Source: Candidatus Latescibacterota bacterium (GTDB taxonomy: Bacteria > Latescibacterota > UBA2968 > UBA8231). Taken from it: a stretch of 64,000 bases of DNA. The stretch is from positions 3,072,001-3,136,000 of the forward strand of contig OZ241867.1 in the NCBI GenBank assembly GCA_965203175.1. Direction: 5' to 3'. Below, one piece after another: positions 36,930 through 46,749 of the stretch. Position 1 is the stretch's first letter. Each line of letters starts with the position of its first letter. The translations under genes and the position numbers were made by a program. The notes under the pieces were generated by a model. It saw only the letters and a list, made by a program, of their open reading frames with translations, was not told where the DNA came from and did not search any database.

Positions 36930-37176
36930 CGAGTTGAGTAAATGGCAGCTTGGTACGAGGTCGGCCTGTGCATCTTCGTCGAAGCCCGTGCCAAGTGGAG
37001 AGCAGAATCCCACCCCATGATCGATTAGGCAAGCTCAGTGCATACACCGTCGCAGAACTGGAAGTCGTACGAAGAAATTTCTCGATACCAGAACCATAAA
37101 TCATCTAATCCACATAAACCGCAAACAGTCAGAAAGCGAGCTGCCTCAACGTCAGTAATGAGAGGACAAAACTCGA

Positions 37177-37713
37177 ATGAAAAAACAATTCTTAGCCCTA
37201 TTTTTAGCAAGTTCCTGCTTTGCGGGTGAGTGTGATTGGGATTATGTGCCAAAAATACAGGACAAGAATAGCGTCCAAAAAATGGCAGTCTCAAAAACAG
37301 ACAGTCTTCTGGCAAGAAAGCTCTGTAACAACTTATTAATACACACAATACCTGATACGCATGACGTTTACAAGCATTATAAGTTTTCGGGTGATTATGA
37401 TCTTCTTTTCTACAAGAGTTTTTTCAATAATGGAGTTGTCTCTTCACACCTTGCTTATGTTCCGCATAAAGGAAAGAAAATAAAAACATTGATTGAAGGT
37501 GCTGGGAATTGGAAGATTAGGAGAGGAAGACTTACCGTTTATAACCAGTTCGGAGCAGACTTAACTAACAATCGCTCTTTCTGGCCTAAAGATATATCTA
37601 CGCTTATTTTTATAGACGATAAGAGCGCCATTCTCGGACTTAAAAAAGGTGGGGAAAAGTATAAAGTTGTGAAAAATAGTTACTTTGACAAAAATGAAGT
37701 AAAAGAAAGATAA
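37177..37713 (+). CDS. AT-rich hypothetical exported protein
   Basis: SD GAGGA; signal-peptide-like MKKQFLALFLASSCFA; visibly much lower GC than flanks. Confidence 0.65.
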   Translation: MKKQFLALFLASSCFAGECDWDYVPKIQDKNSVQKMAVSKTDSLLARKLCNNLLIHTIPDTHDVYKHYKFSGDYDLLFYKSFFNNGVVSSHLAYVPHKGKKIKTLIEGAGNWKIRRGRLTVYNQFGADLTNNRSFWPKDISTLIFIDDKSAILGLKKGGEKYKVVKNSYFDKNEVKER

Positions 37714-37815
37714 AAATGTTCAAAAACTACTCGGACGAACTTATATCCAGTAACCGACAAGGTACGCCCGTACGATTTTGAGATTTGCTGACTTCCTTAC
37801 CCTTTACAAGAAGAT

Positions 37816-37856
37816 GTTATTGAGCGCGGCAGCATGACCTACTACATTTATGCGGC
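37816..37856 (+). repeat. 41-bp direct repeat, copy 1 (duplicate of aquaporin promoter)
   Basis: 36/41 identical to 38759-38799. Confidence 0.9.
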
Positions 37857-38014
37857 CCGCCCAATCGCTGCTCGCTGTTCCGCAGCGACAACCGCTCGGT
37901 TTGAAGACGCCGTGCCGCGATGATCGATTCTTGCAATCCGCGTATGATAGTGCCGACTTGGGCAGCAGCAGACAGTCCCGCAACGCTGGCTTTGGTCAGT
38001 ATCCTGCGAGCGAA

Positions 38015-38431
38015 CTAACGCTTAGGAAGCCACTCAATGGCGACGAGGGATTCGACCCGGCTAAATTCCTCGTCGCCGGTCACGAGGGGGACGCCCTTGG
38101 TCTGGGCCAGAGCAGCGGCGAAGGCATCGGCGTAGGAGAGCGGGAAACGGGCCTTGATATGGGCGGCAGACAAAGTATGGGCGCGGTCGGCTATGACCAT
38201 GTCCACCGGCAATTGCTCTACAGCCGCTAGGACATTGCGGCTGTGAGCCAAGCCCCGTTCGCGCTCGGTGATGTAGAGGACTTCCCCCAAGTTGACGATG
38301 GACATCCACAGGCGGCTTGGGCCTGTTTCTGCCTGGCTGAGCAGGGATTTAACCTGAAGGGCACCCACTTCATTCTCCAGATAGGCTAAGAGCGCGTAAC
38401 TGTCGAGCACGCGGTCTCCAGGGTCATTCAA
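38015..38431 (-). CDS. vapC: VapC-family PIN toxin
   Basis: VLDSYALLAYL..E...SIVNLGEV...LSYADAF.AALA...LVTGD.EF. Confidence 0.92.
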   Translation of the reverse strand: MNDPGDRVLDSYALLAYLENEVGALQVKSLLSQAETGPSRLWMSIVNLGEVLYITERERGLAHSRNVLAAVEQLPVDMVIADRAHTLSAAHIKARFPLSYADAFAAALAQTKGVPLVTGDEEFSRVESLVAIEWLPKR

Positions 38432-38657
38432 TACGACGGTCCTCGGCGCGCTGGGTGAGGAGGGCTTCCACTAGGGATGTTGGACCCGCGAGCATTCCTT
38501 GGGCTTCTTCGATGGGATCGCCGAGGGCGGGCACGAGGGCTAAGCCGCCGCCGTAATCGACAATACGCACTTGGTCGCCGGGCTGCAGGCGGTATTTCTT
38601 GCGCAGCGGTGCCGGAATGACAACCCAGCCTTTGGCCGATATGCGGGCCGATGCCAT
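38424..38657 (-). CDS. AbrB/MazE/SpoVT-family antitoxin
   Basis: ARISAKGWVVIPAPLRKKYRLQPGD.V; SD GGAG; overlaps vapC start. Confidence 0.9.
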   Translation of the reverse strand: MASARISAKGWVVIPAPLRKKYRLQPGDQVRIVDYGGGLALVPALGDPIEEAQGMLAGPTSLVEALLTQRAEDRRIE

Positions 38658-38703
38658 ATTGCTCCGTTCTGTTGGGTTCAATCAGTCAATATCGAGACAT
38701 AAA

Positions 38704-38750
38704 TGTTATACATTTGGAAAAAAAGTATAACAAATATTGGGTACAGTCAA
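38704..38750 (-). promoter_or_regulatory. TA operon promoter with inverted-repeat operator
   Basis: Minus strand TTGACT-N15-TATACT with extended -10 TG; perfect IR TGTTATAC-N13-GTATAACA at 38704-38732 overlapping the -10. Confidence 0.65.
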
Positions 38751-38758
38751 TGAGCGCA

Positions 38759-38799
38759 GTTGTTGAGCGCGGCAGCATGGCCCGCTACATTTATGCAGC
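38759..38799 (+). promoter_or_regulatory. 41-bp direct repeat, copy 2; candidate sigma70 promoter of aquaporin
   Basis: TTGAGC-N17-TACATT about 36 nt upstream of ATG 38828. Confidence 0.65.
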
Positions 38800-38827
38800 T
38801 TTTGCTAGCGGACCAAATTGGAAAACT

Positions 38828-39541
38828 ATGAACCTATTGAGAAAATGCGCCGCTGAATTCATCGGCGCGTTTGCCATTGTCTTTGCCGGCTGCGGTGCCG
38901 TGGCCATCGACCAGATTTCCGGCGGGGCGGTTAGCCATGTGGGTGTTGCCGCCACTTTTGGGTTGGTCATCATGGTGATGATCTACGCTACCGGCCATAT
39001 TTCCGGGGCGCATTTCAACCCGGCGGTGACCCTTGCATTCGCGCTGACGCGACATTTCCCCAAAAGGGAGATTGCGCCCTATATCTTGGCTCAGTGCGCC
39101 GGAGCCGTGGTGGCCAGCTACATTCACGTGGCGAGTTTGTCGTCAGTACTGGCCGTCACGCAACCTGGACAGGTGCTGAACTTGGGGGTTACCCTGCCGG
39201 TGGACGGCCTGTTCACCACGGCCCTAGTGTGGGAATTCATGCTGACCTTTTTGCTGATGCTGGTCATTATGAGCATGGCGACCGATTTTCGCGCTGTGGG
39301 ACCGGCGGCCGGTCTGGCTATCGGTGGCACCGTGGGGCTGGAGGCCATGTTCGCCGGGCCGCTGTGCGGGGCCTCGATGAATCCAGCCCGCAGCTTGGGC
39401 CCGGCCCTGGTAGCCGGCGAATGGACGACTTTTGCTGGATACATCGTCGGCCCGGTGCTAGGAGCTGCGGCTGGCGCGCTGTTCTACGAATTCATTCGCT
39501 GCCAAGCGCCTTCCGACCAAGAAGTGAAGGGCTGTTGCTGA
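38828..39541 (+). CDS. MIP-family aquaporin/aquaglyceroporin
   Basis: SGAHFNPAVT and GASMNPARSLGP (two NPA boxes); ends KGCC. Confidence 0.95.
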   Translation: MNLLRKCAAEFIGAFAIVFAGCGAVAIDQISGGAVSHVGVAATFGLVIMVMIYATGHISGAHFNPAVTLAFALTRHFPKREIAPYILAQCAGAVVASYIHVASLSSVLAVTQPGQVLNLGVTLPVDGLFTTALVWEFMLTFLLMLVIMSMATDFRAVGPAAGLAIGGTVGLEAMFAGPLCGASMNPARSLGPALVAGEWTTFAGYIVGPVLGAAAGALFYEFIRCQAPSDQEVKGCC

Positions 39542-39572
39542 AGCCGATTGCGGTACTGGAACCACACAACAT

Positions 39573-39612
39573 AAAAAGCCCTGCACCCCTCGACGGAGTG
39601 CAGGGCTTTCTT
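39573..39612. terminator. Bidirectional intrinsic terminator
   Basis: AAAGCCCTGCAC ... GTGCAGGGCTTT 12-bp stem with A/T tails between convergent genes. Confidence 0.85.
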
Positions 39613-39629
39613 GCCTCGGGTCGCTAGCG

Positions 39630-42413
39630 CTATAGATCGAAACTCAAGCGCCCGTAGTAGAATCCACCATTGGTGCCAAACTGCGTCACTCGTCGGCTAT
39701 ACACAAAACCACGCGAGCCAATATTGGCGTCTTTTTCATGTTCGTCGGGGGAGGTATTCAACAGATTGTTGGCTCCTACCGACAGACGCAGACCCGGCAG
39801 CATCTGATACGACACATCTACGTCCAGTAAGGTCTTAGCCGAGAAGGTCTCGTCGTTGGCTTCATTGTTGGGCTTGTACTCGACCGGCCCGTAGTTGGTG
39901 GCCCGGACTAGGGCGCTAAATGCGTCTTGGGAATAGCGCGCCGATAGGCTGACCTTGGTGCGCGGCAGGGCGTCTTCGAGGCGGTTGCGCGCTTCCCGAT
40001 CGAATAGCAGGCCTTCGATGGCCGTGCGCTCTTCGGCGGTGGCCTGCCGCTGATTGGCCTTCTCAAAGGCCGCGATAAGCCCCTCGGGAATCATGATCTC
40101 GTCCACCGAGGTCTGGGTGAAATTGGCCGCTGCCGATAGGCCTAGGGCACCGGCTCCCACGGGAGCGCTATACGAGGCGACTAAGTCTACGCCACTGGTT
40201 GAGGTGTTTACGGCATTGGTAAAAAACTGGGCCGCTGTCGCCCGGAAGGGGGCCAAAATGGCGGCGTAGCCCTCGTTGCCATCGGAGAAGCGCCCGGTCA
40301 ACACGATCCGGTCTTCGATGGCGATCTGGTAGTAATCGGCTGTAAGGGAAAAATTGTCCATCAGTTGGGCGGTGATGCCCGCGCTGGCATTGATGGAGGT
40401 CTCTGGTTCCAACGCCCCAATGCCGAAGGCTTTGGCAACGGGGCTGCTGTTGTTGGCGGTAAGCACCTCGCGAGGCACCAACTCGCCGGAGACCTCATCG
40501 GCGACGAACTGCGTGCTGACGCTGTTGAACCACACCTGATGCAGGGACGGGGCGCGGAAGCCGTTGCTGGCAGTTGCACGCAGGGCCAGCGCGTCGCTCA
40601 GGGCCAAGCGCAAGGCCAGTTTACCAGTGGACGTACTGCCGAAGTCGCTGTACTGCTCAAAGCGCCCTCCCACATCGACCGTTAGCATGGCCGACGCTTG
40701 TGTTTCCAAGCCAGCGTAGGTGCTGATGCTGTTGCGGAAGCGGTTGAGCGCGCTGGCCGGGGAAAATCCCCGAAATACCTGTGCGCCGGAGGCTTTGCCT
40801 TCTTCAAAATTGGTTCCGTCCACCGGACCACGACCGTAGGAGTAGGACTCGAACTGGCCGGCTTCAATCTGGTAGTTTTCGACGCGGAACTCGCCGCCGA
40901 GCACTAGGGAAGTGCGCTCGAACATGTCTGTGTCGAGGGGCCGCACCAAGTCCAAGTTTCCCGAGGTCTGGTTGAAACCAAGCCGCCCAGCGTTGACGGA
41001 GGTCGGGCTGTCGGCACCCATGGAAGCGTTGTTGGTGTTTTCGATATTCCACTTGAAGCCGTTGCCGCCTTGGGTCACACTGAAGTCCACGTCCCACTTC
41101 CCCTTAGCTCCACGCACGCCCGCGCTAAACGAGCGGTCTTCGATATCTGGATTGATCTGGGGCAGGAAGCCGTTGGGATATAGTTCAAAGACCACCCGAT
41201 TCGGCTGGCTTCCCGGCAGGCGATAGAAGCCCGTCGCCTCGCCCCGGCGGTACGACAGCCCGCCAAAGCTGTAGAATTCGGCATCGCCAGCTAGGGGATA
41301 CGCAGCGTTGTAGAAGGCCCCACCCACCGTGGCTTTGCTCTGGCCGATGTTCATGTTGAAAGCATCGTCCGGCAAGTTGTTGTCTTTGATCCACTGGATG
41401 TTGGCATCGTCCTCATCCGCGGTGTACTGGCCGCCGCGGCGCGTGCGATCGCGCTTTAAAAATTCACCGGTGACGTTGATGTAGCCGCCGTCGCCCAGCC
41501 CGAAGCCGTAGTTCACATCGGTCTTGACTTGCTCGCCATCGCCTTCACCCGTAGTGCCTACTAGGTTGTTGAGCTGGATTCCTTCGGTGTTGTCTTTGAG
41601 GACGATGTTGATCACTCCGGCTATGGCATCCGAGCCGTACTGGGCTGCGGCGCCGTCGCGCAGAATCTCAATGCGTTCGACCGCGGCTTTGGGAATGGAA
41701 TTGAGATCGACGCCCACCGTGCCGCGACCGAAGGTGCCGTTGACGTGTACTAAGGCACTGGAGTGGCGGCGCTTGCCGTTGATTAGGACCAGCACTTGGT
41801 CAGGCCCCAAGCCGCGCAGGCTGGCTGGGTTGATGTGATCGGTGCCGTCGGAAATCGTCTGATGCGAGGCGTTGAAGGAGGGAGCCAATTGGCGCAGCGT
41901 CTGGTTGATTTCGGTTTGGCCGGATTGGCGAATCTCGAGTTCGGAGATGACATCGACCGGGGCCGGCGTCTCAATAGCGGTGCGCACCGTCCGCGAGCCG
42001 ACGACGACGAATTCTTCGCCCAAGGCGACGGGGCTGGCGTTCAAGGAAAAATCAACAGTCGCCGTCTCTCCGACAGTGACTTCGACGCTTTGCTTGGCGG
42101 CTTGGTAGCCGATGAAGGTCGCTTGTAGCGTATAGGAGCCGGGCGGGACCGCTAGGAAAAAGGTGCCGTCGTCGCCGGTCATCGTGCCCCGCACCGTGCC
42201 TACTAGGTTTAAATTGGCGTTGGGTAGCGGCGTGGCGTCTTCGCCATCGGTCACCGTGCCACGGATAATGCCCTGTTCTTGTCGCGCCGCTATGTCGAGT
42301 GCCTTGAGGACGTCGGTCACGGCGTCTTGGATGGTGCCCTGTTGGGCCCAGGCAGGTAGTGTCGCCAGCAGTACTGCGGCCAACGACGTCCGGAAAAAGG
42401 ATTGCAAATTCAT
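39630..42413 (-). CDS. TonB-dependent receptor with N-terminal carboxypeptidase-regulatory-like domain
   Basis: SD GGGAGG; plug motifs SLRGLGPDQVLVLINGKR and IERIEILRDGAAAQYGSDAIAGVINIVLK; barrel end GFYYGRLSFDL. Confidence 0.95.
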   Translation of the reverse strand: MNLQSFFRTSLAAVLLATLPAWAQQGTIQDAVTDVLKALDIAARQEQGIIRGTVTDGEDATPLPNANLNLVGTVRGTMTGDDGTFFLAVPPGSYTLQATFIGYQAAKQSVEVTVGETATVDFSLNASPVALGEEFVVVGSRTVRTAIETPAPVDVISELEIRQSGQTEINQTLRQLAPSFNASHQTISDGTDHINPASLRGLGPDQVLVLINGKRRHSSALVHVNGTFGRGTVGVDLNSIPKAAVERIEILRDGAAAQYGSDAIAGVINIVLKDNTEGIQLNNLVGTTGEGDGEQVKTDVNYGFGLGDGGYINVTGEFLKRDRTRRGGQYTADEDDANIQWIKDNNLPDDAFNMNIGQSKATVGGAFYNAAYPLAGDAEFYSFGGLSYRRGEATGFYRLPGSQPNRVVFELYPNGFLPQINPDIEDRSFSAGVRGAKGKWDVDFSVTQGGNGFKWNIENTNNASMGADSPTSVNAGRLGFNQTSGNLDLVRPLDTDMFERTSLVLGGEFRVENYQIEAGQFESYSYGRGPVDGTNFEEGKASGAQVFRGFSPASALNRFRNSISTYAGLETQASAMLTVDVGGRFEQYSDFGSTSTGKLALRLALSDALALRATASNGFRAPSLHQVWFNSVSTQFVADEVSGELVPREVLTANNSSPVAKAFGIGALEPETSINASAGITAQLMDNFSLTADYYQIAIEDRIVLTGRFSDGNEGYAAILAPFRATAAQFFTNAVNTSTSGVDLVASYSAPVGAGALGLSAAANFTQTSVDEIMIPEGLIAAFEKANQRQATAEERTAIEGLLFDREARNRLEDALPRTKVSLSARYSQDAFSALVRATNYGPVEYKPNNEANDETFSAKTLLDVDVSYQMLPGLRLSVGANNLLNTSPDEHEKDANIGSRGFVYSRRVTQFGTNGGFYYGRLSFDL

Positions 42414-42616
42414 GGGTCCTCCCGTTAAAAATGAATGGATTTTGCGCCTCCAACGGCGCAAGAAGATCAAACTATAGACCATAGGGAAATACGTGATTTT
42501 AGCAAGGGCATTTGGTAACAAAATAAAGGCTATGACGTTTCGGTTTCAGCACTATCTTATATGCCAACGATTGCATCCTTGAAATTCGCATTCCGACGCT
42601 ACGAGGAGAACGAATA

Positions 42617-43432
42617 ATGCGCGTTTTGATCATGTCCGACATGGAGGGCGTAAGCGGCATTGTGGTATGGGATCAGGTCAGCGGTGGTGCCGCGATGTTT
42701 GAAGAGGGCCGGCAGCTCTACACGGAAGAAATCAACGCGGCCGTGCGCGGGGCCAAAGCCGCTGGCGCGACGGAAATTGTCGTCGTCGATTGCCACGGTG
42801 CGGGCAAAGGCTGGAGTTTTAATTCGCTCATTCCCGACAAAATTGATCCCGATTGCGAATGGGTCGCCCATCACGAGTGGGGTCGCTACGACGAACTGTG
42901 GGAGCAAGGATGCGACGCCTGCCTGCTCATCGGCATGCACGCCCGCGACGGCACCCCCGACGGAGTGCTGTGCCACACCATCTCCAGCGTCCAGTATAGA
43001 AACCTCTGGTTCAACGACGATCTCGTCGGGGAAACCGGCGTCAACGCCGCGCTCAACGGGCACTACGGGGTGCCGATTGCCCTCGTCACCGGAGATGAGG
43101 CCGTCTGCCGAGAAGCCAGAGCACTCATCGGTGAATCGCTGCCAACCGTGGCCGTTAAAAAGGGCCTGAGCCGGTTTAGCGCGCGCCAGTTACCGCCCGT
43201 CCGCGCCCGGCAGTTGATCGAGGACGGGGCTAAAGACGCGCTCGTTGATCTGACCCGGGCCAAGCCGTACGTTCCCGAGAAGCCAACGACCATCCGAATC
43301 GAACTTGCAAGCGTCGATCAACGCGCCGAGTTCAAAGGACGACCTGGAGTTGAGATAGCGGGGCCGCTCTCCGTTGAAAGCCGCGCAGGAGACTGGATGA
43401 CTGCGTGGAATCAATTCTGGCCCCATGCTTAA
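42617..43432 (+). CDS. dppA: M55 family D-aminopeptidase (DppA-like)
   Basis: SDMEGVSG, VDCHG, GMHA, HTISS, VGETG. Confidence 0.9.
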   Translation: MRVLIMSDMEGVSGIVVWDQVSGGAAMFEEGRQLYTEEINAAVRGAKAAGATEIVVVDCHGAGKGWSFNSLIPDKIDPDCEWVAHHEWGRYDELWEQGCDACLLIGMHARDGTPDGVLCHTISSVQYRNLWFNDDLVGETGVNAALNGHYGVPIALVTGDEAVCREARALIGESLPTVAVKKGLSRFSARQLPPVRARQLIEDGAKDALVDLTRAKPYVPEKPTTIRIELASVDQRAEFKGRPGVEIAGPLSVESRAGDWMTAWNQFWPHA

Positions 43433-43505
43433 GCGAAGACACACTGTGCGATTGATGGCGCGACCTGTTCGGGATTGGAACGAAGTTTAAACGAGGAGTT
43501 GTGCA

Positions 43506-44513
43506 ATGTCGAGTGAAGCGAGGAAGATCTACGACGAGGCGATTGTCATAGACGGTCTGAACGTCAGCAACTGGGAGAGCGATGCGGTGTTCGAGCGTTT
43601 GCGAGCCGGCAATATCACGGCTATCACCGCCACGGTGGCAACGTGGGAAAATTTCGTGCAGACCATGGCGCACTTGGCGGCGTGGATGCGGCGTTTTCGC
43701 GAGCGCCAAGACATCGTGCAGGTGAAGGAGACGGCCGACATTTATGCCGCTAAGAAACTCGGTAAGACCGGGATCATCCTCAGTTTTCAAAATGCCTCGC
43801 CCATCGAGAACGAGCTAGATCGCCTGGGGTTGTTCCTCGCCCTCGGGGTGCGGGTGATTCAACTGACCTATCACGAGACCAATCTGCTGGGCAGTGGCTG
43901 CTGGGAGCGAAACGATGGTGGCCTGAGCAACTTCGGCGTCGATGCGGTGCGCGAGATGAACCGGCTTGGCATTGTCATCGACTTGTCGCACGTCGGTCCG
44001 AAGACGACGATGGACGCCATTGAGATGTCCGAGCAGCCGGTTGCGATTACCCATGCCAATGCCCGCAGTTTTTGCGACCACCCGCGCAACAAGGAAGAAG
44101 AGGCGCTCAAGCTCCTCGCTGAAAAGGGGGGCGTCGTGGGCGCCACGTCGTTTGCCAACTTTCTTCCCAAGGGATTCGATTCGACGGTCGAGGATTTCGT
44201 CGATGCCATCGACGACATGGTGGAGCGGATCGGCCTCGATCACGTGGCCATCGGCACTGATTCCACTCACGATCAGCCGCTCGAATTCTGGCATTACATC
44301 GTATCGCAGCAGGGCACGAAATTTCCCTCGACCTTTGCCGATGGGTCGGTGCCGTACACGGAGCTAAGTTTTCAACCAAAGGGGATCGACAGCCCGGCGG
44401 AGTTTCCCAATCTGGCGGAGGCGCTCGCCAATCGCGGGTACAGGGCCGAGGAGATCACCAAGCTGTTGGGTGGGAACTGGATGAGCCTCTTCGAGCGGGT
44501 GTGGAACGTCTGA
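43506..44513 (+). CDS. M19 family membrane/renal dipeptidase-like protein
   Basis: IQLTY, GLSNFG..AVREMNRLG.VIDLSH, THAN, HPRNK, HVAIGTD, KLLGGNW. Confidence 0.9.
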   Translation: MSSEARKIYDEAIVIDGLNVSNWESDAVFERLRAGNITAITATVATWENFVQTMAHLAAWMRRFRERQDIVQVKETADIYAAKKLGKTGIILSFQNASPIENELDRLGLFLALGVRVIQLTYHETNLLGSGCWERNDGGLSNFGVDAVREMNRLGIVIDLSHVGPKTTMDAIEMSEQPVAITHANARSFCDHPRNKEEEALKLLAEKGGVVGATSFANFLPKGFDSTVEDFVDAIDDMVERIGLDHVAIGTDSTHDQPLEFWHYIVSQQGTKFPSTFADGSVPYTELSFQPKGIDSPAEFPNLAEALANRGYRAEEITKLLGGNWMSLFERVWNV

Positions 44514-44618
44514 AAGAAGAGGGCACAAGAAGACTACATAGGCGATGAACAACCTGCAAGTAATCCATCCGAATGAGCCGAACAAGGGCGGTCTGACCGC
44601 GCCACTCAAGGAAGGACA

Positions 44619-46718
44619 GTGACTGATTCGATCAACGGGCATTTGCTGGCCATCGACATAGGCGGCACCTTCACCGATCTGGTGCTGCTCGATCCGTCTG
44701 CTGACTCCCTGATGGCCAGCAAGGTCCTCACCACGTATCCCGATCCCTCCGCCGGCGTGCTCGCAGGGGTGCAAGACCTGTTCGAGGAGTGGCAGGTGGA
44801 GGCCAGCTCTGTGGGGCGGACCGTGCACGGCACCACGCTGATTACCAATGCCCTCATCGAGCGCAAGGGGAGCCGCACGGGCTTGATTACCACGGCCGGC
44901 TTTCGCGACGCGCTGGAAATCGGACGCGAGGGCCGCTACGATATATACGACCTGTTCCTCGAGCGGCCCGCGCCCTTGGTCGAGCGGCGGCGGCGGCGGG
45001 AAGTGCCGGAGCGGGTGGATGCGAACGGGGCGGTGTTGACGCCCCTAGACGAAGAGGCCGTGCGGCAGGCCTGCGCCTTTTTCCGGGCCGAAGGGATCGA
45101 GGCTGTGGCCATCGTCTTTTTGCACGGGTACCTGAATTCCGCGCACGAGCAGCGCGCCCGGGCCTTGGTGCGCCAGCAGTTGCCCGATGTGGCGGTGGCT
45201 GTATCCCACCAGGTGGCGCCGGAATTCCGCGAGTACGAACGCACCTCGACCACGGTGGCCAACGCCTATGTCCAGCCCCTAGCCGCGCGCTACCTGAAGG
45301 GCTTGGAAGAGGGATTGGGTGCCAGTGGCGTGCGGGCACCGCTGCACATCATGCTGTCCAACGGCGGTTCGTGCTCGGTGGACACGGCCGCTGAATTTCC
45401 CGTACGGCTGGTGGAATCGGGCCCCTGCGGCGGTGCTCTGGCAGCGGCGTACTGGGGCAAAATCGCCGGGCGGCGAGAAGTCTTGGCCTTTGACATGGGC
45501 GGTACTACGGCCAAGGCCATCCTCACTGCGGGCGGCGATTTTGCCTTGGCCTCGGAGTCGGAAGTGGCGCGGATATACCGCTTCAAGAAGGGGAGCGGCC
45601 TGCCCCTGCTGGTGCCGGTGATGGACATGATTGAAATAGGGGCCGGCGGCGGCAGCATTGCCCGGCTGAGCGATATGGGCCTGCCCGTGGTGGGCCCGGA
45701 AAGCGCCGGGGCCGATCCGGGGCCGGCCTGCTATGGGCGGGGCGGGACCCTGCCTACCGTGACGGATGCGGATCTGATCCTCGGCCTGCTCAACGCGGAC
45801 TATTTCCTGGGTGGGAGCATGGTTCTGGACCCGGAAGCCGCGCAGCGGGCCGTGGCGAGTTTGGGAGCGGCCCTGGATATGAGCACCGAGCGCGCGGCCT
45901 GGGGCATCCACCAGTTGGTGGACGAGAATATGGCCAATGCCGTCCGCGTACACGCGGCCGAGCGCGGCCTCGACATCCGCTCGCACACGCTGGTGGCAAC
46001 CGGGGGTGCCGGGCCGGTGCATGCCTGCGGCCTGGCGCAGCGGCTGGGTCTCGACGCGGTCATCGTGCCCCCAGCGGCTGGGGTGGGATCGGCCTTTGGC
46101 TTGATACTGGCGCCGATTTTGTTCGACTTTGTGCGCACGTACGTGGTGCGTCTCGAAGACCTCGACATCGATGCGCTGGGCAATTTGCTGCGCGCCCTCG
46201 AAGCGGAGGGCCGCGGCATTGTCGAGGCCGCAGGGGTGGACGCAGCCGATGTCGAGGTGCGGCGCAGCGCTGATATGCGCTATGTAGGTCAGGGATTTGA
46301 GATTCGGGTGGAATTGCCGGATGTCCCCTTTGACGAGCGGATGGCATCCCGCATTGAGGAGGCTTTCGAAGCCGAGTACCAGCGCCTGTACGGCCGTCTG
46401 TGCGTTGGCGTGCCCATCGAGTCAGTGCACTGGCGGGTCGCGGTCTCCGGCCCGCGGCCCCGACCGGGACGCGTCGAGATTCGACGGGACCGGTCCGCTG
46501 GCAAGGCCAGGGCTTTGAAGGGCCGCCGAGGGGTCGTTTTTGCCGCGGGTGAAGGTGCCCTAGATGTGCCGGTGTACGATCGGTACCTCCTAGAGGAGGG
46601 TTTCAGTATAGAGGGGCCGGCCATCATTGAAGAGGCCGAATCCACGACCGTGGTGCGGCCGGACTGGCACTGCCGCGTCGGCGAGCATGGAGATCTGTTG
46701 CTGACGCGGCCAGGCTAG
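44619..46718 (+). CDS. Hydantoinase/5-oxoprolinase subunit A
   Basis: IDIGGTFTD, HGTT, EYERTSTT, ESGP, FDMGGTT, IGAGGGS, GPESAGADPGPACY, DMRYVGQ. Confidence 0.93.
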   Translation: MTDSINGHLLAIDIGGTFTDLVLLDPSADSLMASKVLTTYPDPSAGVLAGVQDLFEEWQVEASSVGRTVHGTTLITNALIERKGSRTGLITTAGFRDALEIGREGRYDIYDLFLERPAPLVERRRRREVPERVDANGAVLTPLDEEAVRQACAFFRAEGIEAVAIVFLHGYLNSAHEQRARALVRQQLPDVAVAVSHQVAPEFREYERTSTTVANAYVQPLAARYLKGLEEGLGASGVRAPLHIMLSNGGSCSVDTAAEFPVRLVESGPCGGALAAAYWGKIAGRREVLAFDMGGTTAKAILTAGGDFALASESEVARIYRFKKGSGLPLLVPVMDMIEIGAGGGSIARLSDMGLPVVGPESAGADPGPACYGRGGTLPTVTDADLILGLLNADYFLGGSMVLDPEAAQRAVASLGAALDMSTERAAWGIHQLVDENMANAVRVHAAERGLDIRSHTLVATGGAGPVHACGLAQRLGLDAVIVPPAAGVGSAFGLILAPILFDFVRTYVVRLEDLDIDALGNLLRALEAEGRGIVEAAGVDAADVEVRRSADMRYVGQGFEIRVELPDVPFDERMASRIEEAFEAEYQRLYGRLCVGVPIESVHWRVAVSGPRPRPGRVEIRRDRSAGKARALKGRRGVVFAAGEGALDVPVYDRYLLEEGFSIEGPAIIEEAESTTVVRPDWHCRVGEHGDLLLTRPG

Positions 46719-46749
46719 GTCGCATGTACCGTCGATTTAGGTCAACGCC

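Noticed and set aside
34762-38799. Island as prophage, IS or integron
   Set aside because: No integrase, transposase, phage genes, terminal inverted repeats or complete attC sites
43425-43490. Mini-ORF MLKRRHTVRLMARPVRDWNEV between the peptidase genes
   Set aside because: Too short and no convincing similarity; could be chance
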